Source: Mycolicibacterium smegmatis (GTDB lineage Bacteria; Actinomycetota; Actinomycetes; Mycobacteriales; Mycobacteriaceae). Taken from it: 32,000 nucleotides of DNA. Shown one piece after another: positions 16,757 through 25,239 of the stretch. The position numbers and the translations under genes were made by a program. The notes below the pieces were generated by a model. The model ran no database searches, was not told the DNA's origin, and saw nothing but the letters and a program-made list of their open reading frames with translations. Each line of letters opens with the position of its first letter. Within the stretch, counting starts at the first letter, position 1. Location of the stretch: positions 330,001 to 362,000 of the forward strand of contig NZ_LN831039.1 in the NCBI RefSeq assembly GCF_001457595.1. The letters run 5' to 3'.

Positions 16757-17964
16757 CGGTTCTGTGCCACACCGCGTTCGGCGAGCACCCAGTTGAGGAA
16801 CTTCTCGACCGCATCGGCAGTGAAATGCCCGTGCGGCGAGCCGAAGAAGTCGAAAGCGTGCTGGGCGTGCGGAATCTCGGCGTAGACCACGGGGGAGTTC
16901 GACACCTCCCGCAGCGCGGCGACGAAGTCGCGTCCCTCGACCACCGGGATCAACGAGTCGTTGGTGCCGTGCAGCACGAAGAACGGCGGCGCATCGGGGC
17001 GCACGAGCATGATCGGTGACGCGTCGCGGTACAACTCGGCATTGCCGTCGAGCGGGCGCTTGACGATGAGCCGCTCCAGGATCTCCATGAACTCGGTACG
17101 GCCGGGGCCGGTGGTGCTGTACCAGTCGTAGCGGCCGTACACCGGGACCGCGGCCACCACGGAGGTGTCGGCGTCCTCGAAACCCGGCTGCCACTTGGGG
17201 TCGTTCGGGGTCAGCGCGGCCAGCGCCGTGAGGTGCCCACCCGCCGAACCGCCGGTGATGCAGACGGATTCGGGATCGCCACCGAAGTCGGCGATGTTGG
17301 CCTTCACCCATGCCAGCGCCTGCTTGACGTCGACGATGTGATCGGGCCAGCTGTGCTTCGGGCTGATCCGGTAGCCGATCGACACACAGATCCAGCCCTG
17401 CTCGGCGAGATGGCTCATGAGCGGGTACGACTGAGGCCTGCGCATCCCGATCATCCACGCGCCACCGGGCACCTGCAGCAGCACCGGCGCCTTCCCGTCG
17501 CGGGGCAGGTCGGGCCGCATCCAGATGTCAGCCAGGTTGGCGCGGTGCGGGCCGTACCGCACGGTCGTGGTCGCGTAGCGGTGCCGGGTCCACGATGTGC
17601 GGATGACGCCGCCGGGGCGGCGGGCACGGCGGGCCACCGCGTAGTCGGCGCCCAGCGCCGAGCGCAGCGGTTCCTCGAAGAACCGGCGCGACGTGCGGTT
17701 GCGGCGGTGCACGATGTACAACAGGGCCCACGCGACGGCCTTGAGAAGCAACGAGATCCGCCCCGGCGTCGTACGGTAGTCACCGCGCACCGCGCGGCGG
17801 AGCGCGTCGAGCGCCGAAACGGTCGTTATCAGCGGTCCGTTCTCGGAGGTGGGCCAGCCGAACGCGAACGCCACCACCGTCGAATAGCCTTTGCGGCCGA
17901 ACGGTTTCACGGCGTTGACGGCGTTGAGCACCTCCGCCGACGCGGTGAGCAGCGGTTTAGCCAT
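16753..17964 (-). CDS. alpha/beta hydrolase, LipO (Rv1426c)-like
   Basis: VPGGAWMIG, GGSAGGH, HGTNDSLIP, QHAFD; 8-bp overlap with the upstream FadD12-like gene. Confidence 0.88.
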   Translation of the reverse strand: MAKPLLTASAEVLNAVNAVKPFGRKGYSTVVAFAFGWPTSENGPLITTVSALDALRRAVRGDYRTTPGRISLLLKAVAWALLYIVHRRNRTSRRFFEEPLRSALGADYAVARRARRPGGVIRTSWTRHRYATTTVRYGPHRANLADIWMRPDLPRDGKAPVLLQVPGGAWMIGMRRPQSYPLMSHLAEQGWICVSIGYRISPKHSWPDHIVDVKQALAWVKANIADFGGDPESVCITGGSAGGHLTALAALTPNDPKWQPGFEDADTSVVAAVPVYGRYDWYSTTGPGRTEFMEILERLIVKRPLDGNAELYRDASPIMLVRPDAPPFFVLHGTNDSLIPVVEGRDFVAALREVSNSPVVYAEIPHAQHAFDFFGSPHGHFTADAVEKFLNWVLAERGVAQNR

Positions 17965-19588
17965 TCACCTTCTCCTGCAGCTCCCGGCGCGCGATCTTTC
18001 CGGTGCTGTTGCGGGGAAGCTCGTCGAGGATCGTGATGTCGCGCGGCACTTTGTAATTCGCGAGGTTGTCGCGGACATGCGATTTCAGGTCGTCGACGGT
18101 CGCGTCGCCGGACAGCACCACGAACGCCGCGAGTCGCTGACCGAACTGCTCGTCGTCCACGCCGATCACGGCGGCCTCGGCGACCGCCGGGTGCGTGGTG
18201 AGCACCTTCTCGACTTCGATGGGGTAGACGTTCTCGCCACCGGAGACGATCATCTCGTCGTCGCGGCCGACGACGAACAACCGGCCCGCGTCGTCGAGGC
18301 GCCCCACGTCGCCGGAACGCATGAAGCCCTCGTGGAAATCCTTGGTGGTGCCCGAGGTGTAGCCGTCGAACTGCGTCGAGTTGCGCACGTAGATCGTGCC
18401 CACCTCACCCGTCGGGACGTCGCGCAGGTCGGCGTCGAGGATCCGGATCTCGGTGCCCTCGGCGGGTTTACCCGCGGTGTCGGGTGCGGCGCGCAGATCG
18501 GCCGGTGTGGCGGTGGCGATCATGCCGGCCTCGGTGGCGTTGTAGTTGTTGTAGATGACGTCGCCGAAGCGGTCCATGAACGCGATGACGACGTCGGGGC
18601 GCATCCGCGATCCAGATGCTGCCGCGAACCGCAGCGAACGTCCGTCGTAGCGGTTGAGCACGTCCTCGGGCAGTTCCATGATGCGGTCGAACATCACCGG
18701 CACCACACACAGCCCCGTGGCGCGGTGGCGGTCGACGAGTTCGAGCGTGGCTTCCGGGTCGAACTTGCGGCGCGTGATGATGGTGCACGCCATCGATGCC
18801 GCGAACGCCAGTTGCGAGAAGCCCCAGGCGTGGAACATCGGCGCGACGATCACCACCGGTTCCTCGGCACGCCACGGTGTGCGGTCCAGGATGGCCTTGA
18901 GGATCTCGGGTCCGCCGCCGGAATGCTTGGCGCCCTTGGGAGTTCCGGTGGTTCCCGACGTCAGCAGGATCACCTTGCTCTTCTGGCCGGCCCGTTGCGG
19001 TTGCCTGCCTGCGAACTTCTCGGTGAGCGCGGCGACCGTGACGTCGTGTGCTGCGGTGTCGGTCCACGCCACGATGCGGGTGGGCGCTTCGGGAGCCCCC
19101 GCGAGCGCGCGGTCGACGGTGTCGGTGAACTCCTCGTCGTAGATGACGGCATCGACCTTCTCGCGGCTCACCACCTCGGCCAGCGCCGGTCCGGCGAACG
19201 AGGTGTTGAGCAGTAGGACGTCGGCACCGATACGGTTGGCCGCGATCAGCGACAACACGAACCCGCGATGGTTGCGGGCCATGATGCCCAGCACCCTCGG
19301 CGCGCCGCCGGAAAGCGCCTGCAGACCTGCCGCGAGCGCGTCGGCCTGCTGGTCGATCTCGCGCCAGGTGAGCGTGCCGAGTTCGTCGACCAGGCCCGGG
19401 CGGTCGGGACAGCGCTGCGCGGCGCTCGCGAAACCCGATGTGACGCTCATGTTCTCGCGCGCCATCGCGGCGACGATGCGCAGGTACTTGTCGGGGCGCA
19501 GCGGCGCGATCAGCCCGGCGCGGCGCATGGTGGTGACCATTCCGACGGTGTTGAGCAACGGGTCGGTGACCCGGTCGAGAAGTCCCAT
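17957..19588 (-). CDS. fadD12: Fatty-acyl-CoA synthetase / AMP-binding protein, FadD12-like
   Basis: ILLTSGTTGTPKGAKHSGG AMP-binding motif, YNATEAGM, FMRSGDVGRLDDAGRLFVVGRDDEMIVSGGENVYPIEVE; gene order lipO-fadD12-acyltransferase. Confidence 0.88.
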   Translation of the reverse strand: MGLLDRVTDPLLNTVGMVTTMRRAGLIAPLRPDKYLRIVAAMARENMSVTSGFASAAQRCPDRPGLVDELGTLTWREIDQQADALAAGLQALSGGAPRVLGIMARNHRGFVLSLIAANRIGADVLLLNTSFAGPALAEVVSREKVDAVIYDEEFTDTVDRALAGAPEAPTRIVAWTDTAAHDVTVAALTEKFAGRQPQRAGQKSKVILLTSGTTGTPKGAKHSGGGPEILKAILDRTPWRAEEPVVIVAPMFHAWGFSQLAFAASMACTIITRRKFDPEATLELVDRHRATGLCVVPVMFDRIMELPEDVLNRYDGRSLRFAAASGSRMRPDVVIAFMDRFGDVIYNNYNATEAGMIATATPADLRAAPDTAGKPAEGTEIRILDADLRDVPTGEVGTIYVRNSTQFDGYTSGTTKDFHEGFMRSGDVGRLDDAGRLFVVGRDDEMIVSGGENVYPIEVEKVLTTHPAVAEAAVIGVDDEQFGQRLAAFVVLSGDATVDDLKSHVRDNLANYKVPRDITILDELPRNSTGKIARRELQEKVNG

Positions 19589-19593
19589 GCCGA

Positions 19594-20403
19594 TCAGCCG
19601 ATCACCGGGAAGCGCCGCTGCTCGGCGAGTTCGTCGAGGGCCTGCTGCATGACGTGGCGTACGTGCGCGTCGACCTCGTCGATGTCGGGGTCCTCACCGA
19701 ACTCTGCGGTGATGTCGATGGGCGGCAGTGTCTTCATCACGATCTTCGACGGCAACGGCACGTTGAGCGGCAGCACGGCCGACAGCCCGAACGGGAATCC
19801 GAACGACACCGGCACGATCTTGGTACGCGCCAGCCGCGCGATCGGGCCCAGGGCCTTGGCCACCGCGGTGCCGCGCGACAGGAACAGCTGGGTCTCCTGG
19901 CCACCCACACCGACCATGGGGACGATCGGGACGCCGGCGTTGAGTGCGGCCCGCACATACCCGGTGCGTCCGCCGAAATCGATCTTGTTGGCCGCCAGCG
20001 TGGGGCGGTACACGTCGTAGTCGCCACCCGGGAACACGACGACGACGCCGCCGGAGCGCAGCGCCTCGTCGGCGTTCTCGTGGTTGGCCCGGATGAAGCC
20101 CGTCTTCTTGAAGAAGTCCGCGGTCGGGCCGGTCATGAGCATGTCGTGGCTCAGCGTGTACACGGGGCGGTCGTAGCCGAACTTCTCGTAGAAGCCTGTC
20201 GCGAACACCGGCACATCCATGGGGAACAGCCCGCCGGAGTGGTTCGAGACCACCAGGGCCCCGCCGTTGGGGAACGTGTCGAGGCCGTGCACCTCGGCCC
20301 GGTGATACCCCTTGATCAGCGGGCGCAGCCAGCCCATGACCTTCTCGGTGAGGCCGGGATCCCACTTGGTGATCTCACCTTGGTCGGTATCGGTAGCGGC
20401 CAC
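19594..20403 (-). CDS. PlsC-like acyltransferase (Rv1428c-like)
   Basis: GGALVVSNHSGGLFPMD, VVVFPGGDYDVYRP, AALNAGVPIVPMVGVGGQET; GTG start at 20403. Confidence 0.85.
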   Translation of the reverse strand: MAATDTDQGEITKWDPGLTEKVMGWLRPLIKGYHRAEVHGLDTFPNGGALVVSNHSGGLFPMDVPVFATGFYEKFGYDRPVYTLSHDMLMTGPTADFFKKTGFIRANHENADEALRSGGVVVVFPGGDYDVYRPTLAANKIDFGGRTGYVRAALNAGVPIVPMVGVGGQETQLFLSRGTAVAKALGPIARLARTKIVPVSFGFPFGLSAVLPLNVPLPSKIVMKTLPPIDITAEFGEDPDIDEVDAHVRHVMQQALDELAEQRRFPVIG

Positions 20404-20424
20404 GGGGGTCCCCCTGACGTGAAT

Positions 20425-20438
20425 TGGAACGTGTTCTA
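20425..20438. promoter_or_regulatory. KstR-type operator TGGAACGTGTTCTA
   Basis: Exact match to TnnAACnnGTTnnA, 22 bp upstream of the acyltransferase start and ~53 bp upstream of nat. Confidence 0.75.
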
Positions 20439-20490
20439 GTTCTCCATCCTACTTGACCTGAACTGCTGTCGAGGTTGGACGATGGCAGGC

Positions 20491-21318
20491 ATGGCGATGG
20501 ACCTCGGCGGATATCTCGCGCGGATCGGCCTCGACGGGCGGCCGCGTCCCGATCTCGGCACATTGCACGCGATCGTCGCGGCCCACAACCGCTCGATCCC
20601 GTTCGAGAACCTCGATCCGCTGCTCGGCATCCCGGTGGCCGACCTGAGTGCCGAGGCCCTGTCCGCCAAGCTCGTGGACCGCCGCCGCGGCGGGTACTGC
20701 TACGAACACAACGGCCTGCTCGGCTACGTACTGGAGGAACTGGGCTTCGACGTCGAGCGCCTGTCCGGGCGGGTGGTGTGGATGCGGGCCGACGACGCAC
20801 CACTGCCCGCCCAGACCCACAACGTGCTGTCGGTCGCGGTGCCGGGCGCCGATGGCCGGTACCTGGTCGACGTGGGCTTCGGCGGACAGACGCTGACCTC
20901 GCCGATCCGGCTTGAGGCCGGCCCGGTGCAGCAGACCCGCCACGAGCCCTACCGGCTCACCCGGCACGGTGACCACCACACGCTGGCGGCCCAGATCCGC
21001 GGTGAGTGGCAACCGCTGTACACGTTCACCACCGAGCCGCGGCCGCGCATCGACCTCGAGGTCGGAAGCTGGTACGTCTCAACACATCCGAGGTCACACT
21101 TCGTCACCGGGCTCACGGTCGCGGTGGTCACCGACGACGCGCGGTACAACCTGCGGGGACGCAACCTGGCGGTCCACCGGGCCGGTGCGACCGAGCGCAT
21201 CCGGTTCGACAGCGCGGCACAGGTGCTCGACGCCATCGTCGACCGGTTCGGCATCGACCTCGGCGATCTGGCCGGCCGTGACGTCCGTGCACGTGTCGCC
21301 GAGGTGCTCGACACCTGA
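20491..21318 (+). CDS. nat: Arylamine N-acetyltransferase
   Basis: MAMDLGGYLARIGLDGRPRPDLGTLHAIVAAHNRSIPFENLDPLLG...RRRGGYCYEHNGLLGYVLEELGF...HNVLSV...YLVDVGFG: NAT catalytic Cys/His/Asp, and near-identical to recalled M. smegmatis NAT. Upstream in-frame ATG at 20482 also possible. Confidence 0.97.
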   Translation: MAMDLGGYLARIGLDGRPRPDLGTLHAIVAAHNRSIPFENLDPLLGIPVADLSAEALSAKLVDRRRGGYCYEHNGLLGYVLEELGFDVERLSGRVVWMRADDAPLPAQTHNVLSVAVPGADGRYLVDVGFGGQTLTSPIRLEAGPVQQTRHEPYRLTRHGDHHTLAAQIRGEWQPLYTFTTEPRPRIDLEVGSWYVSTHPRSHFVTGLTVAVVTDDARYNLRGRNLAVHRAGATERIRFDSAAQVLDAIVDRFGIDLGDLAGRDVRARVAEVLDT

Positions 21319-21376
21319 GCCGGGGGATCACAGCAAGAAAAGTCATGTCCTGACCCCAGCGCGCCGACCATACTCG

Positions 21377-22297
21377 GTGAACGTGAGTGTGGAACCGAAC
21401 GGGCGCGACCGGCTGCGTGAACTGCTCGACGCCGTCGTCGACTCCGAGAACGACGGTGTCGGCGACATGGCGCGCAACAGCTACGCCTCGGAGTTCCACT
21501 TCTCGCGCGAGGTGCGCAGGCTCACCGGCGAACCACCCGCCGCGCTGCGGCGGCGCATCATGCTCGAACGCGCGGCGTGGCGGCTGCGCCAGGGTGCGGG
21601 CGTCGCGGAAGTCGCTGCCGCAGAGGGATGGTCGTCACCGGAGGTGTTCTCCCGCGCATTCCGCCGCGCCTTCGGCGTGCCGCCGTCGCGCGCGGCGGAC
21701 GTCGGGTTCCGGTTGCCCGCTCCCAACGGTGTGCACTTCCATCCGCCGCAGTCGCTGTGGTGCGACGACGGAGCGGGCGCAGCTGGGCCCGACATCGCGC
21801 AGTTCATGCTCGTGCACGACATCGCCGATACGGCCTATCTCATCGAACAGGCGTCCGTGCTCACGGAAAGGCAGTGGCGCGAAGGGGTTTCACCGGGGCA
21901 GACGGTGCTCGACTGGGACGGTCCCGAACCGAGCGTCGCCGCGGTCCTCGCGGCGATCGTGTGGACCAAGCAGGTGTGGCTGGCGACCATCGAGGGCCGC
22001 GACTTCCCGTCGCGGGACACCACGTGCAACGCCTCGCCCCGGGAATTGGCGGTGCACCACGACACGGTCGGGAACCGTTGGACCACGGTGATATCGGAGT
22101 ACTCGACGGCCGGACGGCTCGGTGACACGGTGATCGACGCGCTGTGCGACCCGCCGGAGTCGTTTCAGCTGTACGGCATCGTCGCGCACGTGCTCACCTA
22201 CTCGGCGCACCGGCGCGGGCTGGCGCGTGCGATGCTCTCGCGTCACGGAATCGACACCCACCGTGGTGATCCGCTGGAATGGATGAGAAGGGACTGA
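21377..22297 (+). CDS. AraC-type HTH protein with C-terminal DinB-like domain
   Basis: FHFSREVRRLTGEPPAALRRRIMLERAAWRLRQGAGVAEVAAAEGWSSPEVFSRAFRRAFGVPPS (AraC HTH); C-terminal helical region ...IVAHVLTYSAHRRGLARAML. GTG 21377 in frame; the ORF track starts upstream at 20912. Confidence 0.8.
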   Translation: MNVSVEPNGRDRLRELLDAVVDSENDGVGDMARNSYASEFHFSREVRRLTGEPPAALRRRIMLERAAWRLRQGAGVAEVAAAEGWSSPEVFSRAFRRAFGVPPSRAADVGFRLPAPNGVHFHPPQSLWCDDGAGAAGPDIAQFMLVHDIADTAYLIEQASVLTERQWREGVSPGQTVLDWDGPEPSVAAVLAAIVWTKQVWLATIEGRDFPSRDTTCNASPRELAVHHDTVGNRWTTVISEYSTAGRLGDTVIDALCDPPESFQLYGIVAHVLTYSAHRRGLARAMLSRHGIDTHRGDPLEWMRRD

Positions 22298-22300
22298 ATC

Positions 22301-22828
22301 GTGAAGACCGTCTACTACACCGCTTCGAGCCTCGACGGCTACATCGTCGACGAGAACCAGAGTCTCGACTGGCTCACGTCACGCGACATCACACCCGACG
22401 GACCGTTCGGCTACGAACAGTTCATCGAGACCATCGGTGTGCTCGTCATGGGTGCGAGCACCTACGAGTGGGTGGTCGAACACGGCGACTGGTCCTATGA
22501 CCAGCCCGCCTGGGTGCTCACCCACCGCCCCGAGATCGCCGCCGAGAGTCATCCCATGCAGGTGTTCTCCGGCGACGTCGCCGAACTGCACCCGAAACTC
22601 GTCGCGGCCGCGGGCGGTAAGGATGTGTGGGTGGTGGGCGGCGGCGACGTCGCCGCGCAGTTCGTCGCGGCCGACCTGATCGACGAGATCATCGTCAGCT
22701 ATGCACCGTGCACGCTCGGCGTGGGTTCGCGGGTGCTGCCGATGCGTTCGGAGTGGGTGCTCGACGACTGTGCCCGCAACGGCGACTTCGTGTGCGCGCG
22801 CTGGAAGCGCCCGGTCCTGCACACCTAG
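22301..22828 (+). CDS. Dihydrofolate reductase / RibD C-terminal family protein
   Basis: MKTVYYTASSLDGYIVDENQSLDWL...VLVMGASTYEW...VWVVGGGDVAAQFVAADLIDEIIVSYAPCTLG; 3-nt gap from the AraC-DinB gene. Confidence 0.9.
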   Translation: MKTVYYTASSLDGYIVDENQSLDWLTSRDITPDGPFGYEQFIETIGVLVMGASTYEWVVEHGDWSYDQPAWVLTHRPEIAAESHPMQVFSGDVAELHPKLVAAAGGKDVWVVGGGDVAAQFVAADLIDEIIVSYAPCTLGVGSRVLPMRSEWVLDDCARNGDFVCARWKRPVLHT

Positions 22829-22841
22829 ATCCCCTCGCGAA

Positions 22842-22891
22842 CAGACGCAAAACTGCCCAATTCCGTTGGGAATAGGGCAGTTTCGCGTCTG
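22842..22891. terminator. Long hairpin between convergent genes (probable bidirectional terminator)
   Basis: Arms CAGACGCAAAACTGCCC and GGGCAGTTTCGCGTCTG, 17 nt each with one mismatch and a 16-nt loop; between the convergent stops at 22828 (+) and 22902 (-). Confidence 0.72.
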
Positions 22892-22901
22892 CTCGGCAGG
22901 A

Positions 22902-24386
22902 TTATTCGGGGGTGTACCCGAACGGCAGCAGCACGCTCTTGGACTCGCAGTAACCCGCGATGCCCTCGGGCCCGCACTCGCGGCCGATGCCGGAGTTCTT
23001 GTAGCCGCCGAACGGGGCGCCCGGATCGAATGCGTACATGTTGATGCCGTAGGTGCCCGTGCGGACCTTCGACGCGATCTCGACGCCCTTGGCGTGATCG
23101 GTGGTGTACACCGAACCGGCCAGGCCGTACACCGAGTCGTTGGCGATGCGCACGGCGTCGTCCTCGTCCTCGAAGGGGATCACCACGAGCACGGGCCCGA
23201 AGATCTCCTCCTGCGCGATGGTCATCGAGTTGTCGACGTCGGCGAACACCGTGGGCTGCACGAACCAGCCGGAATCCAGGCCCTCGGGACGACCGCCGCC
23301 GGTCACCAGACGCGCGCCCTCCTCGATGCCCTTCTTGATGTAGCCCTCGACGCGTTCGCGCTGCTTCTCGCTGATCAGCGGACCCACCATCGCCGCCGGG
23401 TCATCGGGCACGCCGACCTGCATCGCGGCGACACCCGCGGCGACCTTCTCCACGACCTCGTCGTAACGCGAGCGCGGTGCCAGGATGCGGGTCTGGCCGA
23501 CACATGCCTGCCCGGAGTTCATCAGACCCGAGAACAGCAGCATCGGCAGCGTCGAGTCCAGGTCGGCGTCCTCGAGGATGATCGCCGCGGATTTGCCGCC
23601 CAGTTCCAGCGTGCACGGCTTGAGCTTCTCGGCGGCGATCTTGCCGATCTCCTTGCCCACTGCGCTCGAGCCCGTGAACGTGAACTTGTCGAGCGCCGGG
23701 TTGTCGGTCAGCGCGCGGCCGGTCTCCGGGCCGCCGGGCACCACCGACAGCACACCCTCGGGCAGGCCGGCCTCGAGGAACTTCTGTGCCATGAGGTTGG
23801 TGGTCAGCGGTGTCTCGGCGGCCGGCTTGAGCACGATCGTGCAGCCCGCGAGCAGCGCCGGGCCCAGCTTGTTGGCCGCCAGGAAGAACGGCACGTTCCA
23901 GGCGACGACGGCGCCGACGACGCCGACGGGCTCCTTGAGCACCAGTGTCTGGCCGTAGATGCCGTCGCGGATGTCCTTCCACGCGAACTTGTCGGCCGCC
24001 GAGGCGTAGAACTGCAGCGTCGACATCGCCGCGCCGTACTGCATCATGTCGACGATGGTCTGCGGCTGGCCGGTCTCGAGCTTGAGCAGCGTCTTGAACT
24101 CGTCGGCGCTCTCCTCGATCAGCGCGGTCGCCTTGGCCAGCACGGCCTCGCGCTCCTGCGGCGTCATCCGCGGCCACGGCCCCTCGTCGAACGCCTTGCG
24201 CGCCGCGGCGCACGCGGCGTCGACGTCGGCCTTGGTCGCCAGCGGCGCCTGACCGACCTTCTCGCCGGTCGCGGGCGAGAAGACCTCGATGATCTCCGAC
24301 GACGAAGGCTCGACCCACTGGCCGCCGATGAACAGCTTGTCCCAGTTCGTCGTGGCCGCGGTCGCGGCCGATGCAGTCTGTGTCAT
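22902..24386 (-). CDS. Aldehyde dehydrogenase (Rv0223c-like)
   Basis: MTQTASAATAATTNWDKLFIGGQWVEPSS..., FTGSSAVGKEIGK, CTLELGGKSAAII, MNSGQACVGQTR. Confidence 0.93.
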   Translation of the reverse strand: MTQTASAATAATTNWDKLFIGGQWVEPSSSEIIEVFSPATGEKVGQAPLATKADVDAACAAARKAFDEGPWPRMTPQEREAVLAKATALIEESADEFKTLLKLETGQPQTIVDMMQYGAAMSTLQFYASAADKFAWKDIRDGIYGQTLVLKEPVGVVGAVVAWNVPFFLAANKLGPALLAGCTIVLKPAAETPLTTNLMAQKFLEAGLPEGVLSVVPGGPETGRALTDNPALDKFTFTGSSAVGKEIGKIAAEKLKPCTLELGGKSAAIILEDADLDSTLPMLLFSGLMNSGQACVGQTRILAPRSRYDEVVEKVAAGVAAMQVGVPDDPAAMVGPLISEKQRERVEGYIKKGIEEGARLVTGGGRPEGLDSGWFVQPTVFADVDNSMTIAQEEIFGPVLVVIPFEDEDDAVRIANDSVYGLAGSVYTTDHAKGVEIASKVRTGTYGINMYAFDPGAPFGGYKNSGIGRECGPEGIAGYCESKSVLLPFGYTPE

Positions 24387-24417
24387 GGCGGTCACACTAC
24401 TCACTTCCCTGTGAAAC

Positions 24418-24431
24418 GAGAACCTGTTCCA
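24418..24431. promoter_or_regulatory. Near-match KstR-type site GAGAACCTGTTCCA
   Basis: Matches 7 of 8 fixed positions of TnnAACnnGTTnnA; ~32 bp upstream of the aldehyde dehydrogenase start. Confidence 0.4.
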
Positions 24432-24441
24432 GTTGGGGAGG

Positions 24442-25206
24442 TTACCGGCGCGACAGAACCAGCACCAGGTTGCTCACCGCGAATTCGCGGAAACCCGGTA
24501 TCGAGGTCATCCACCAGGCCCATCGTGGGTGGTAGCGGGGGAATGCGGCCACCAGTGCGCCCGTGGAGCGCGCCCACTGCAAGCCGTCGGCCGCCGACAC
24601 CGCGAACAACGACGATCCGTAGTCATTCTTCGGCCGGTGACCGTGCCTGCGCGTGTAGCGTTCGGCGGCCCGTGCGCCGCCGAGATAGTGCGTCAGGCCC
24701 ATCTCGTGACCGCCGAACGGCCCCAGCCACACGGTGTACGACAGCACCGCGAGCCCGCCGGGACGGGTCACCCGCAGCATCTCGTTGCCCAGTCGCCACG
24801 GGTTGCGCACATGCTCGGCGACGTTCGACGACAGGCAGATGTCGACGCTGGAGTCGGCGAACGGCAACGCCATGCCGGACGCCCGGACGAACACCCCGGC
24901 GCCCGGTTCACCCGCCGGACCTGCGTGCATCTCGCGCGGATCGGGTTCGACGCCCACATAGCGCATACCGGCCTGCTCGAACGCCGACGCGAAGTAACCG
25001 GGTCCGCCGCCCACGTCGAGCACCGTGCGACCTGCGGGGGAATCACCCGTCACGCCGGTCCAGAGGTCGGCGACCATGGCGACCGTGTCGTCGGCCAGGG
25101 CGCCGTAGAACCGGGCCGGTTCGGACTGCTCGAAGCGGAACTGGGACAGCAGGCGCACCGACCGGCGGAGCGTCGCCCGGCCGGCGAAGCGGTCGGTGGG
25201 ATTCAC
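24442..25206 (-). CDS. SAM-dependent class I methyltransferase (Rv0224c-like)
   Basis: RTVLDVGGGPGYFASAFEQAGMRYVGVEPD SAM-binding motif; MALPFADSSVDICLSSNVAEHVRNPW. Confidence 0.9.
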   Translation of the reverse strand: MNPTDRFAGRATLRRSVRLLSQFRFEQSEPARFYGALADDTVAMVADLWTGVTGDSPAGRTVLDVGGGPGYFASAFEQAGMRYVGVEPDPREMHAGPAGEPGAGVFVRASGMALPFADSSVDICLSSNVAEHVRNPWRLGNEMLRVTRPGGLAVLSYTVWLGPFGGHEMGLTHYLGGARAAERYTRRHGHRPKNDYGSSLFAVSAADGLQWARSTGALVAAFPRYHPRWAWWMTSIPGFREFAVSNLVLVLSRR

Positions 25207-25239
25207 CCGCTCAACCTACTCACCGGTACTCTCGATTCG

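Noticed and set aside
15647-17458. 603-aa minus-strand ORF
   Set aside because: Covers the MDR dehydrogenase antisense and out of frame with the real LipO-like gene; shadow ORF.
20912-21376. Upstream part of the 20912-22297 ORF
   Set aside because: Overlaps nat in another frame and has no domain signal; GTG 21377 precedes the AraC-like region.
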